Below, one piece after another: positions 55,006 through 64,000 of a DNA stretch of 64,000 nucleotides. Origin of the DNA: a virus; IMG/VR virus record IMGVR_UViG_3300036770_008166, positions 1-64,000 of that record; one strand, written 5' to 3'. The notes under the pieces are model-generated. The model made no database searches. It was not told where the DNA came from and saw only the letters and a list, made by a program, of their open reading frames with translations. Numbering within the stretch: position 1 is the first letter of the stretch; each line of letters begins with the position of its first letter. A program made the position numbers and the translations under genes.

Positions 55006-56263
55006 CGCGGATCGACTCTAGCCGCAAAATCCGGGCTTTGCCTCGACGCAATGCCTGCTCATAATCATGGGGCCATTGTTCTGCGAAGGTAGGTCGTGTT
55101 TTCAATTGCTGTAGGGTATCACGCAGGGCACCCGTGACATAGGCCGACAACGAATCTACTTTTTGATCCAGCACGGTCCTGGGCAAGGCCAACGGACTCA
55201 AGATGATGTCGGGTGAAAAACTGAATATGACCTTGCTTAACACATCAACACCAAACCGCTGAGCCAGTGCCTGTACGTTCCTGACTTCGAACAGACCTGG
55301 CAAAGTCAGGGTAAAATCGATCCTCATCTGCCGGGGGGATTTTTGTTGGTCCACGCCTCGTTGGAAATTCTCACACCAGTGCGCAAAATCAAGCCCTGTG
55401 CGTATATATTCACCTGTTGCTCCGGTTCCGTCGAGGCTGGCACAGATCTGCCAGTCCCGTAAATGCGAGAGAATATCCTGGTAAAGATCCAGGCCGCGAT
55501 AGCGCACACGGCTAAGATTAGTGTTGTAACGAGCATAAACATTGGCACCATCCCCCAGTTCTATTATGCGGCGCATGTACCGCCAGTGCTGTTCATACAT
55601 CAAGGGTTCGCCGCCTACCCAGTACACTTCTTCCACACGATGCTGTTCTACTGCTTCAGCAAATTCTTGTTCGACCTGTGTGTCTTGGAATTTGCTGATT
55701 TGGTCTCGCACTTCGGGCATCATCCAGGCATTCTTAGGATTGCTCCAGTCGATCATGTCATGCTGACGTTGTTCACTCTCCCAAGCGCTGCTCAACATGT
55801 CCCCGCACATGCGACATTTGAAATTACAAAGATTTGAGAAACGATAGTCCCAACTCACTGGCAACATGGTTGTATAACCATCTGGTTCGGTAGCTGCCAT
55901 GGCATCATGATATTTGTGGTCGAACAGACGATTAAAATACGTGCGATATACATCGGTATTGAGCAGTTTGTTGTTGCACACATCGCATTCGGGCAATGTT
56001 TCACCTGCCATCATGCGACGACGCACACTGCGCATATGATCGCTGTTCCAATGTTGCACGAGAGTCATGGGGTGATATCGACCCGTGCCAGATTCAGTAT
56101 CAATGTATTGACGGAAATTCTGCGCTGGCTCACGACTGGCACAGCACATTCTACGCTCGGTCTGGGGGCTGAGATAGGTATGTGTCCAGGGTGCCATGCA
56201 CAGAGTTTCGGGTCTACTGGCTGTCAAAGTCGTATCCGTATATCTTGGCCAGCTCGGGCTCAA
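54932..56263 (-). CDS. twitch/SPASM radical SAM protein
   Basis: CMAPW..CC..CDVC, SNLCNFKCRMC, GGEP and YNTN. Confidence 0.85.
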   Translation of the reverse strand: MSPSWPRYTDTTLTASRPETLCMAPWTHTYLSPQTERRMCCASREPAQNFRQYIDTESGTGRYHPMTLVQHWNSDHMRSVRRRMMAGETLPECDVCNNKLLNTDVYRTYFNRLFDHKYHDAMAATEPDGYTTMLPVSWDYRFSNLCNFKCRMCGDMLSSAWESEQRQHDMIDWSNPKNAWMMPEVRDQISKFQDTQVEQEFAEAVEQHRVEEVYWVGGEPLMYEQHWRYMRRIIELGDGANVYARYNTNLSRVRYRGLDLYQDILSHLRDWQICASLDGTGATGEYIRTGLDFAHWCENFQRGVDQQKSPRQMRIDFTLTLPGLFEVRNVQALAQRFGVDVLSKVIFSFSPDIILSPLALPRTVLDQKVDSLSAYVTGALRDTLQQLKTRPTFAEQWPHDYEQALRRGKARILRLESIRDDRYTMQDILQQDQDIYGWWQNIR

Positions 56264-57434
56264 CTAGGGCCATGTTCTGATTCCGTTTGCGATCTAGATC
56301 GCGTATCTTCATGCGCAGCATGAAGCCATCGGTACTGGCACCGGCCTGCATGAAGTCTATCACACGATCAAATTCTGCTTTGAACTGTTCCGGTACAGCA
56401 GACGATCTAATTTTGTGTTCGATAAGTTTTTTAGCATGATCAGGTAATGTAGCGATACTGAAATACCATGCATCATGCATCATGTTCCAGTGAACGAAAT
56501 CAAACTGTTGCTGCTGTGCCCATTCGGCAAACTCCGGCAAATAAAAAACATTGAACACATTGATGGTGCAGCACGCCTGCAATGTAATGTTGTTTGATCG
56601 GGCCTTGAGTTCCTGAAACCGGTGTATGTTGTCGAGCACCACGGACCACTCAGCATTGGTGCGTTGATATTCAAATCGCTTGCCGAGATCGTCAAGGCTG
56701 AATGCTATTTCTACCAGGCGGAAATGCGGCCAGATCTCTAGAGCTTGCTGGGGGAAATGTGTGCCATTGGTGTTGTAATGTATCTCGATGTTGCCGGCAA
56801 CACCTTGGTCCACCAGGCTTTTCAACATGTCGAAATGTTCGGATATCATGAAAGGCTCGCCACCGGTAAATTCGATGTATTTTATGTCCTTGGATATTCG
56901 TGCAATCTCGGGCCAAAAATCTGAATTCTCGCGCGGCCAGGCCCCGGCTCTGAGCATCTGATAAGCGAAGGATTTTTTCCTATCGGCATCTGGCGGCATA
57001 TCATTGATTTCTTCTGCGGCAATCTGGCTGCTGCTCCATGAACCACAGATGCGGCATTTGAGATTGCAGATATTGCCCAGTTTAAGATCAAGAAACATCA
57101 AGGGCTTGGCCTCGGTGCTCCACTCTTGATCAGTGATCATGTGCTTGAGTCTGTCCAGAGTGTGCATGCGCTTGCTGGTACGACCCGAGCGTTCTTCGTT
57201 CCAGCATTTTCGACAGGTCTGGGGGCGTTGGCCGGCCAAGAACTGCGATCTAAGATTTTGCATGTAGGCACTGTTGCGGATACGATCAAATTGAGTATTC
57301 TGCAGTTGGAACTTGTTGCCATCTTCGTCGGTGATTTCGTCATCGGTCAAACAGCAAGGCCTCACTGTGCCGATGGGGCTGGCCTCTAGGCTGACCCAGG
57401 GCAGAACACAGAATTTATCGTTGGGCAGTTTCAT
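56214..57434 (-). CDS. twitch/SPASM radical SAM protein
   Basis: CVLPW..PCC..CRKC, GNICNLKCRIC, GGEP and YNTN. Confidence 0.85.
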   Translation of the reverse strand: MKLPNDKFCVLPWVSLEASPIGTVRPCCLTDDEITDEDGNKFQLQNTQFDRIRNSAYMQNLRSQFLAGQRPQTCRKCWNEERSGRTSKRMHTLDRLKHMITDQEWSTEAKPLMFLDLKLGNICNLKCRICGSWSSSQIAAEEINDMPPDADRKKSFAYQMLRAGAWPRENSDFWPEIARISKDIKYIEFTGGEPFMISEHFDMLKSLVDQGVAGNIEIHYNTNGTHFPQQALEIWPHFRLVEIAFSLDDLGKRFEYQRTNAEWSVVLDNIHRFQELKARSNNITLQACCTINVFNVFYLPEFAEWAQQQQFDFVHWNMMHDAWYFSIATLPDHAKKLIEHKIRSSAVPEQFKAEFDRVIDFMQAGASTDGFMLRMKIRDLDRKRNQNMALVEPELAKIYGYDFDSQ

Positions 57435-58690
57435 AACAAGGCCTCTAGCTCCGGTACAGCATCACGCCAGTTTTCACGGCGTAGATTATCTAATTGATTG
57501 GTCTTTTTCCAAAATGTTTCCAGCAACCTGGTGTTATCTGTGGCCATGAGAAAATTGATCGAGGATTCGAACCCCACAGTGGCACGAGTAAGTCGGTCCT
57601 GAGGTCTCAGCCATTCCAGATGCTCTTCAAATTTGACACGTAATCTCTGTTTGTATTTCATGGGTGCGATATCTATGCGATAATGCACCGGATCTTGCAA
57701 AAGATTCACATTGAGATCTTGTGCCCGTATCAATCCACGTTCTGTCCAAGCTCGATGAAAGTCCGGCAGGTGCCAAGCATTCATGATTGACAGCGTAGGA
57801 GAGATATAAAAATCTACGTTGGGGCACATATCCAGCATCCTGCGACGATTATCCTCTACCACTACCCAGTCCGTACCCTTGCGGATGTATTCGGCTCTTG
57901 GTCCCATGGCGTCCAGACTGGCTCCAACTGCCACGCTGTGGAATTTCCGCCAGTAATCAAACACCGAACGCTCTTTGAGTTTCGTCTGTGTGAAGTTGGT
58001 ATTGTAGATCAAGCGTACATCAAATCGTTCTCTGCGTTCCAGTTCTTCCAGGATGCGATAGTGCTCGTCCATCATGAGAGGTTCGCCGCCAGCGAAATAG
58101 ATCTGTTCCACATAGTCAATGTGGGGCAACAACTGTTCCCACATGTCGGTCTCTGTCTGTCCGGCATAGTTCAAGGGAACATTGTTGCCGCGCCATTCTG
58201 GTCCGGCCAATCGTGCTTGATCCTGATACCACGAACTGGAAAAAATATGACCACAACTGCGACAACGTAGATTGCAGAGATTACTGAAGCGTATGTCCCA
58301 ATAGGTCATCTCGAACGGAGTGGTAGACAATTTCTTGATGTGATGTCCATGATGCTTGTTGGCACTGCGTCGTCCGCTGAAGAAACCCGACTGCTCTTGT
58401 TCGTAGCATCTGGTGCAGGCAGCATTAGGCGTTTCTGATAGCATGTCCTGCCGCAACTTTTTCATGGCGTCGCCATGCCATATCTCCTCCAATGTGTTTT
58501 CTTTGCAGTGTCCTACTGGGTATGCCATTTCGGCGTGGCAACAAGGATAGGCTTCCCCAGTGGGATAGGCATGAAGGTGTATCCAGGGATAGATACAGAA
58601 TGTTTTGGATTTTTTTAGCAGGAACTCTTCGCGTTCGGTGAGTTCTATGGGTTTCACTAAATCACTGCTGTTGTAATTATAAGCTATCAT
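57431..58690 (-). CDS. twitch/SPASM radical SAM protein
   Basis: CIYPW..PCC..CTRC, SNLCNLRCRSC, GGEP and YNTN. Confidence 0.85.
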   Translation of the reverse strand: MIAYNYNSSDLVKPIELTEREEFLLKKSKTFCIYPWIHLHAYPTGEAYPCCHAEMAYPVGHCKENTLEEIWHGDAMKKLRQDMLSETPNAACTRCYEQEQSGFFSGRRSANKHHGHHIKKLSTTPFEMTYWDIRFSNLCNLRCRSCGHIFSSSWYQDQARLAGPEWRGNNVPLNYAGQTETDMWEQLLPHIDYVEQIYFAGGEPLMMDEHYRILEELERRERFDVRLIYNTNFTQTKLKERSVFDYWRKFHSVAVGASLDAMGPRAEYIRKGTDWVVVEDNRRRMLDMCPNVDFYISPTLSIMNAWHLPDFHRAWTERGLIRAQDLNVNLLQDPVHYRIDIAPMKYKQRLRVKFEEHLEWLRPQDRLTRATVGFESSINFLMATDNTRLLETFWKKTNQLDNLRRENWRDAVPELEALL

Positions 58691-60017
58691 ACCATTCTTT
58701 CAGTCGGGGAAACGTAGACGTGAAATCTTTGTCTCTGCGATTGTCATACTGCTGATAGAACTCCCTGAAATCATTATGCAGTTTCGGCATTTCAAACGCG
58801 TCCGAATGTGGAGTTTTCACAGTGTCAAGATAGTCTATCAAACGTTGCACATGATTGATCTCGTGCTCCTGTAATACAGGATCATCGCGATTGAGCTCCA
58901 GCCAGGTTATGAGATTGATACGATGACGATCTCGTATCTCTCTTGGCAGCACCAACGGGCTCTGGAAGCTGGGAAAACGCAGGATGTTCAAGGTAAAGTT
59001 CACCCGATTCCGGCCGTAGATTTTTTTCAACAGCAACAGGTGGTCGAGATATTCGGGGAGGCTTTCCAAACACAGCGCATTGATGGTACACATGCTGTGT
59101 ACTGCCCGCACAGGTGAATCCTCTGCCATGAGGATGTTCTGCACATTGTGATTCCAGGTCTGCCAATCCAGACCATCTCGGATGTATTCGGCCTGATCAC
59201 CTACAGCTTCATTAGAGGTGTAGATATCTAGTTCGATTCCCTGGCAGCTGTCCAGGAGCCTCTGCACTGTGCTCCAATCCAGGCTGAGATTACTATTGAT
59301 AGCAAGACGCGTCTTGCTTCGGCCAGGATTCGCGCGGAACCAGTCCAGGAGCTGCCAGGTGTAGCCAGACATGAGAGGTTCCCCACCGGTGATACGCAGT
59401 TCCTCCAGCGTGCGATGAAGATCGGTTTCCCACCACGCAAAGAAAGCATCCACGTACGGATTAGGTTCTCCAAAACGAAAAAGTTGAGCACTATCATGAC
59501 TGTGAGTGAAATGGTTTCGGCCATCAGAAATGAGATTCTGGTAGGGTCCACGGTTCCTGATGTCCTTAACCCATGTGCTAGAAAAAGCAGGATTACAGTA
59601 AGAGCAAGCGAGCTGGCAAGTGCGATCAAAGCTGATCTCCAGGGTCTTGAGATCGATATCCTGATCTGCTGGCGTGCCAGCAGCCTCGCGTAGGTCATGT
59701 ATTTCATAGATCTTTGATTTATATATGCGATCGCTCACAGCATCGCGGCCCATGTCTTCGATCTTCCAGCAGTATTCGCAACCAGCAGGTCTACGCCCGG
59801 CCTGCATGTCCGCTCGATCCTGTTTCTTTTGTGGTGTATTGTGCAGCAGTCGAGGATTGGTTTTCACTGCTTCGAGGTCCACCTGGTGTGCCGGTGGATG
59901 ATGGCAGCTGGTGGTCTGACCAGAACCCAGCCAGATAGTGGCATTGTACCATTTGGCTGCGCAGAAACTGGCGGAGATAGGATCCAGCACCTGCTGGCGG
60001 AATTCAATGTCTTGCAT
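58677..60017 (-). CDS. twitch/SPASM radical SAM protein
   Basis: CAAKW..SCHHP..CEYC, CQLACSYC and GGEP. Confidence 0.85.
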   Translation of the reverse strand: MQDIEFRQQVLDPISASFCAAKWYNATIWLGSGQTTSCHHPPAHQVDLEAVKTNPRLLHNTPQKKQDRADMQAGRRPAGCEYCWKIEDMGRDAVSDRIYKSKIYEIHDLREAAGTPADQDIDLKTLEISFDRTCQLACSYCNPAFSSTWVKDIRNRGPYQNLISDGRNHFTHSHDSAQLFRFGEPNPYVDAFFAWWETDLHRTLEELRITGGEPLMSGYTWQLLDWFRANPGRSKTRLAINSNLSLDWSTVQRLLDSCQGIELDIYTSNEAVGDQAEYIRDGLDWQTWNHNVQNILMAEDSPVRAVHSMCTINALCLESLPEYLDHLLLLKKIYGRNRVNFTLNILRFPSFQSPLVLPREIRDRHRINLITWLELNRDDPVLQEHEINHVQRLIDYLDTVKTPHSDAFEMPKLHNDFREFYQQYDNRRDKDFTSTFPRLKEWYDSL

Positions 60018-61113
60018 CTAGGAAATCAATGATTGTTTGGGGTAAAATTGCGCGCTCTCTTTGATTGTGATAGCGCAAGTGCTGTTGGTTATATTTACAG
60101 GTTTCCTCAGTAGCGTCCAAAAAACTGGCAGCACCATTGGACACGATGTCTTTGATCACTTTCACAATGTCTTGCATACGCTGCTCTGGATCTGTGACAG
60201 AATCGAAACTTTCGTCAATCAGATGTCCAAATGTGCGAAATCCTGCACGGTGCAGATCGCGATAATATCCGGCATTGGCCGCTACCACAAAGGGATGCGC
60301 CATAATCATGGGTTTCCAGATTTTTTCGGTGCGAAATGTGTAAGGATAATCGTAAATGGTTTCCGTGACTACACTGAAATAGGTATCGGTATAAGCCTGC
60401 GGATTGATTATGGCATCACCCCATGTGTTATTGAACAGTTGGTGCTTGACAAATCCACCATCTAGTAGATTTGCAGTGAGATTAGGGCGAGCTCGTTCTA
60501 TTTCGTATTCAGGCGGGAGCAAACGTATTGGTTCGAGTTTTGTAGTTTGCAATGTGCTGGTAAATTGCATCTCTACACGACTGCCAAGATTGGTCCACAG
60601 CGCTCGCTGCAAGAGTCCCTGATCTCGTAGCACATCGATGAGATATTTCCTGTGTGGGCGCAAACGACCATTAAGAAACAGGAAATCATAAGGTCGGCCA
60701 TGGCCGTGACGAACATCCTGTTGTGCAGCCGCGAGATTTTCTGTGTACTCACAAATATTGCTGAAATAACAATCGGTTTTGATGTAGTCAAATTCGCATG
60801 CCATGTCTCCCGATGTTAACAGCAAGATCTGCCCCGCACGCACCAGATTTTCTATCCTTAGTCGCTGGAGTTGCAAAAGCACAGTTTCGCTTCCTTCGGC
60901 AGGATTACAAAACACGATGCGTCCTGGATATCGCTCTGCGAGCTCACACACTCGATACCAATTTTCTTTGATTTGTACGCGACCTAGTATGGTCACGCTA
61001 TCAGCATCGAATTCCAGTTCAGAAAACCGCCAAAATTCAACATCGGCGTAGTGTTTGAGTAAATCGTAGACTTCACTCCATTGATCTAACACAATGCGAT
61101 GATTACCTAGCAT
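60004..61113 (-). CDS. GT10-like 'ET...TEK' family protein
   Basis: FLFLNGR.R.HR and VVTET...RTEKIWKP...PF...GFRTF..IDESFD. Confidence 0.6.
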   Translation of the reverse strand: MLGNHRIVLDQWSEVYDLLKHYADVEFWRFSELEFDADSVTILGRVQIKENWYRVCELAERYPGRIVFCNPAEGSETVLLQLQRLRIENLVRAGQILLLTSGDMACEFDYIKTDCYFSNICEYTENLAAAQQDVRHGHGRPYDFLFLNGRLRPHRKYLIDVLRDQGLLQRALWTNLGSRVEMQFTSTLQTTKLEPIRLLPPEYEIERARPNLTANLLDGGFVKHQLFNNTWGDAIINPQAYTDTYFSVVTETIYDYPYTFRTEKIWKPMIMAHPFVVAANAGYYRDLHRAGFRTFGHLIDESFDSVTDPEQRMQDIVKVIKDIVSNGAASFLDATEETCKYNQQHLRYHNQRERAILPQTIIDFLDARH

Positions 61114-62506
61114 GATACTCACATTGTTGCCACCAGTCGCGCATTTCTGGAAACGTGGCAAGAAAATCTGTATTACGACGCCTATCGTGCTCAGAGAAAA
61201 ATCTGTAGAAATCGGCTCGGCACCGTTTGAGATATTGTGCGTCTAGTTTTGCTCCATCTCTCATCCAGGCAATGTCTCGTTCTAATCTTTGTATCTCGAA
61301 ATCTTTGAATCCTTGAAACGGGGCGTCAGGCCGTTCATGTTGACGTATCATCCAAGCCCAAAGGTGGTCCAGCCGATCTGCATAACTTTCTGGCAAGATC
61401 TGTAGGCTCTGCCATTCGGGCTTCCTCAGTACCGGAGTATCAAACCACACACGTTGATATGTTTGATTATAGGTGCGGCGGAGTCCTAGTATACCGGCAA
61501 ACAGTTTGTCTAGGCTGGTCACAGATAGATTGTTCATGGTCACGATAAAGGTCAGGCTATTTCTGTATGGTATCTCATTGAGAAACTGATTCACTCGATC
61601 CCATAAAAGTTCAAAATCCAAACCGTGCCGCATATACTCGGCTTGCAGGGCCCATCCGTCGATGCTGACATACTGCATAAAATGTTCAAGAATCGGTTGG
61701 TCACACAATCGCTTCACGTAGTCTTTGTAGCGTTGCCACAATTTCTCTTCCACAGAGAAATTGCTGGTCACACAGAGATGCAGATCAAGTTTAGGATTGG
61801 CCAGCACATAATCAAACACACGGTAGGTATTGCGATCCATGAGTGGTTCTCCGCCTGTCATGCGAAAGTGTGTTAGTTCAGGATACAGGTCGGGCCACCA
61901 ATCCCAGAAAGCTTCGACCCAGGGATTATGTTCACGAGCAGGAATAGGACGGCGGTCGCCTAGAAAATGATCTGGATGATTGTGCGGGGTGCTGGTAGGA
62001 TAAGCACCTAGGCGTTGAATTTCGTCTTGCCAGGTGGATGAAAATTGTGGACTACAATAGCTGCACCGGAGATTGCAAACATGATTGAAGTTGACTTCTA
62101 CATAGCTGGGTGTCACATCATTCTCATCTCCGGTGAAAGCAATGATCCGATCAAAATCTCGACTCGCCCAGGGTTCTCCTGATCTGTAATGACGATCACT
62201 CATCTGTCCAAGATCTTCCATGTTCCAACAGTATTGGCATTCAGCAGGACGCTGGCCCTCTAGCATCATCTTTCGCTGTAGTTTCTTGTGTGTGGTATTG
62301 TGCAAAGCGCTGGGACGACGCCCGATTTCGGTCACGGGTATACGGTGCAGAGGCGGATGATAGCAGGAATTGTTAAGACCGGTTGGGAGATGGAGACTGA
62401 CCTGCTTCCATTTGGCTAAACATAACGCAGATCCTAGTTTCTCTTTCATTACATGTGCAGCAGATAGAAAATCACTGGATTTTGTTGGCGAAGCAAGATC
62501 AGACAT
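61103..62506 (-). CDS. twitch/SPASM radical SAM protein
   Basis: CLAKW..SCYHP..CQYC, CNLRCSYC and GGEP. Confidence 0.85.
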   Translation of the reverse strand: MSDLASPTKSSDFLSAAHVMKEKLGSALCLAKWKQVSLHLPTGLNNSCYHPPLHRIPVTEIGRRPSALHNTTHKKLQRKMMLEGQRPAECQYCWNMEDLGQMSDRHYRSGEPWASRDFDRIIAFTGDENDVTPSYVEVNFNHVCNLRCSYCSPQFSSTWQDEIQRLGAYPTSTPHNHPDHFLGDRRPIPAREHNPWVEAFWDWWPDLYPELTHFRMTGGEPLMDRNTYRVFDYVLANPKLDLHLCVTSNFSVEEKLWQRYKDYVKRLCDQPILEHFMQYVSIDGWALQAEYMRHGLDFELLWDRVNQFLNEIPYRNSLTFIVTMNNLSVTSLDKLFAGILGLRRTYNQTYQRVWFDTPVLRKPEWQSLQILPESYADRLDHLWAWMIRQHERPDAPFQGFKDFEIQRLERDIAWMRDGAKLDAQYLKRCRADFYRFFSEHDRRRNTDFLATFPEMRDWWQQCEYHAR

Positions 62507-63680
62507 AGGCTTTACCCATCTCTTGATTTATTAAAGCATTCCATGTTCGGTAGATTTGGTTAGGTATTTGTTTGCATATTTCATCCATTTTCAGACAATT
62601 GTTTGCAAATCTGTCTTTTTTTGCTTGCCACAATTTGTCAAGATCTGTGGAACCATCCAGCAAGTGCAAGTTATCATCCAACGCCTTCAATAACCTAACG
62701 CCCGGATCCTTGATTCGATCGTACTCATGATTGATCACATCATCAAACGTATCTATTCCGAGATCCCGCAAATATTGCACCGTCCCTGTGCAGTTAATAT
62801 GGATTAAAAAATTACATCCATAAACGGCCTGCAATTCTTTTTCCGTGACAAACAACCCCGGTTCACCAAACAGCGTGCCTGTCACTATTTCTAATCTGGT
62901 TTGCTGTCGGATCGGCGCTAAATGTTTTTCTCCGTTGATTCTAACGGCATCGGTCAATCGAATGTTGTCGAAGATTGCAGAATCCCCAAACGGTGGAAGT
63001 CGTGACCTGTTGAACGAATTTTGAATCAAACGCTGATACCCTTGATCTAGATATTCATAGACATCTCGGTCCCATGTGTATGTGAGAAAATTATATATGT
63101 GTTCGAATTGTTGGCATCTTTTTACGAAGACATCGCTGGCGGTAATAAAAGCCATACGGTCCAGTTGTCTGGCTAACAAATATGATAAAACTCCTACACG
63201 ATGCCACCAGATGTCGTTGTTGCACATCACATAGGAATATTGATTTGGCATTTTGTCGCAGGCGTACATAGGTACGGACTTTCTTGCAAGGCCATTCCAC
63301 CAATAAGGGCCTGCTACTACCTTGAGATTATTGACATCAACCATGGCCTGCGTGATGAGATGTTCCGTAAGCAGCAAAAAAGTTTTATCCGGATTCGCGC
63401 TACAGATCTTTTCAAGTTCCAAAAGACCGAGAGGTTTTGAATCCTGATACCAATTATATTCACGATCGATACACAATGCATCACTGGTGATAAGGATCAC
63501 GATTGGTTTGCAGAAAGCCTGTCTGCACAAATTCGGCCAGACATCTGTGCCTGGACCGTGATGCACAGCATAACACTCAGCTTTTGTCCAGTCTACCCCT
63601 GCCAGCAATAAGTCAATGTCCAATGAGTCCTCGATCGTGGACATCACCGCACTATCAATATAAGTGCAATCTATTTTCAT
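62499..63680 (-). CDS. divergent GT10-like family protein
   Basis: IVTGT...VTEKE...LRDLGIDTF..INHEYD. Confidence 0.5.
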   Translation of the reverse strand: MKIDCTYIDSAVMSTIEDSLDIDLLLAGVDWTKAECYAVHHGPGTDVWPNLCRQAFCKPIVILITSDALCIDREYNWYQDSKPLGLLELEKICSANPDKTFLLLTEHLITQAMVDVNNLKVVAGPYWWNGLARKSVPMYACDKMPNQYSYVMCNNDIWWHRVGVLSYLLARQLDRMAFITASDVFVKRCQQFEHIYNFLTYTWDRDVYEYLDQGYQRLIQNSFNRSRLPPFGDSAIFDNIRLTDAVRINGEKHLAPIRQQTRLEIVTGTLFGEPGLFVTEKELQAVYGCNFLIHINCTGTVQYLRDLGIDTFDDVINHEYDRIKDPGVRLLKALDDNLHLLDGSTDLDKLWQAKKDRFANNCLKMDEICKQIPNQIYRTWNALINQEMGKAYV

Positions 63681-63681
63681 A

Positions 63682-63999
63682 TCAACAAAAAATCTCTCTT
63701 AGTTTTTCATACCTCAATTGCATAAAAATCTCATAATTATGCTCCAGCACAGATTGCATATCATTTAAAATGACACGACATTTTTCATGATTCCAATCTG
63801 CAATTTCATCCAAGAGCTCAACTATCATCTTGATCCTGGTTTGATCCGTCTGTCCATCATAATCTTCAGACCACCACCGACCAAAAGTCTGGAATCCCAA
63901 TTTTCGTAAATGATACAAATAACTACCTGTACCTAGCACTATGAAAGGACGACGCGCAATGATGCAGCGCCAGAGTTTTTCTGTGACTAAAAAATTATT
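63682..63999 (-). CDS. C-terminus of GT10-like family protein (5' end outside window)
   Basis: VTEKLWRCI..RPF...LRKLGFQTF..WSEDYD. Confidence 0.6.
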   Translation of the reverse strand, partial: NNFLVTEKLWRCIIARRPFIVLGTGSYLYHLRKLGFQTFGRWWSEDYDGQTDQTRIKMIVELLDEIADWNHEKCRVILNDMQSVLEHNYEIFMQLRYEKLREIFC

Positions 64000-64000
64000 G

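Noticed and set aside
505-63736. Most short antisense or alternate-frame ORFs in the track
   Set aside because: They are shadows of well-supported genes and lack RBSs or recognisable motifs.

Overview
This 64 kb window looks like part of a large lytic dsDNA phage genome, probably T4-like or jumbo, with a proteobacterial host (inferred). The evidence is dense overlapping genes, T4-type RNase H, ThyX, MazG, a MoxR/VWA pair, a tRNA array, sigma70-type TTGACC-N17-TATAAT promoters and T4-late-like ATAAATA motifs. No capsid or replicase genes lie in the window. Four blocks can be seen. (1) 1-10.5 kb: a 7-deazaguanine / nucleotide-sugar cluster (QueD-like, glycosyltransferases, GalE, FolE, HIT, QueD, B12 radical SAM, PRTase, QueE, MazG). 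(2) 11-20.5 kb: DNA-processing and small hypothetical genes plus a stand-alone ncRNA. (3) 20.6-31 kb: a stress and translation island in which each module carries its own sensor. It holds Pho-boxed plcP-agt-pstS, a yybP-ykoY Mn riboswitch on terC, an OxyR-like box on ahpCD, a permuted two-piece tmRNA, a 7-tRNA array with an inserted endonuclease, rpoZ and structured RNAs. (4) 31-64 kb: a large glycan / small-molecule modification region with methyltransferases, an MFS transporter, sugar epimerase and aminotransferase, a repeat protein, amidinotransferase, an APS-kinase fusion, carbamoyltransferase, five twitch radical SAMs and most of the window's eight GT10-like paralogs. The best candidate for a new system is a leader-peptide transcription attenuator at 26949-27142. 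Its 30-codon leader is loaded with exactly the seven amino acids (Thr, Glu, Trp, Cys, Gly, Tyr, Asp) whose tRNAs are encoded downstream, suggesting a phage tRNA array induced by host tRNA depletion. All calls are from motif reading by eye; no database searches were run.
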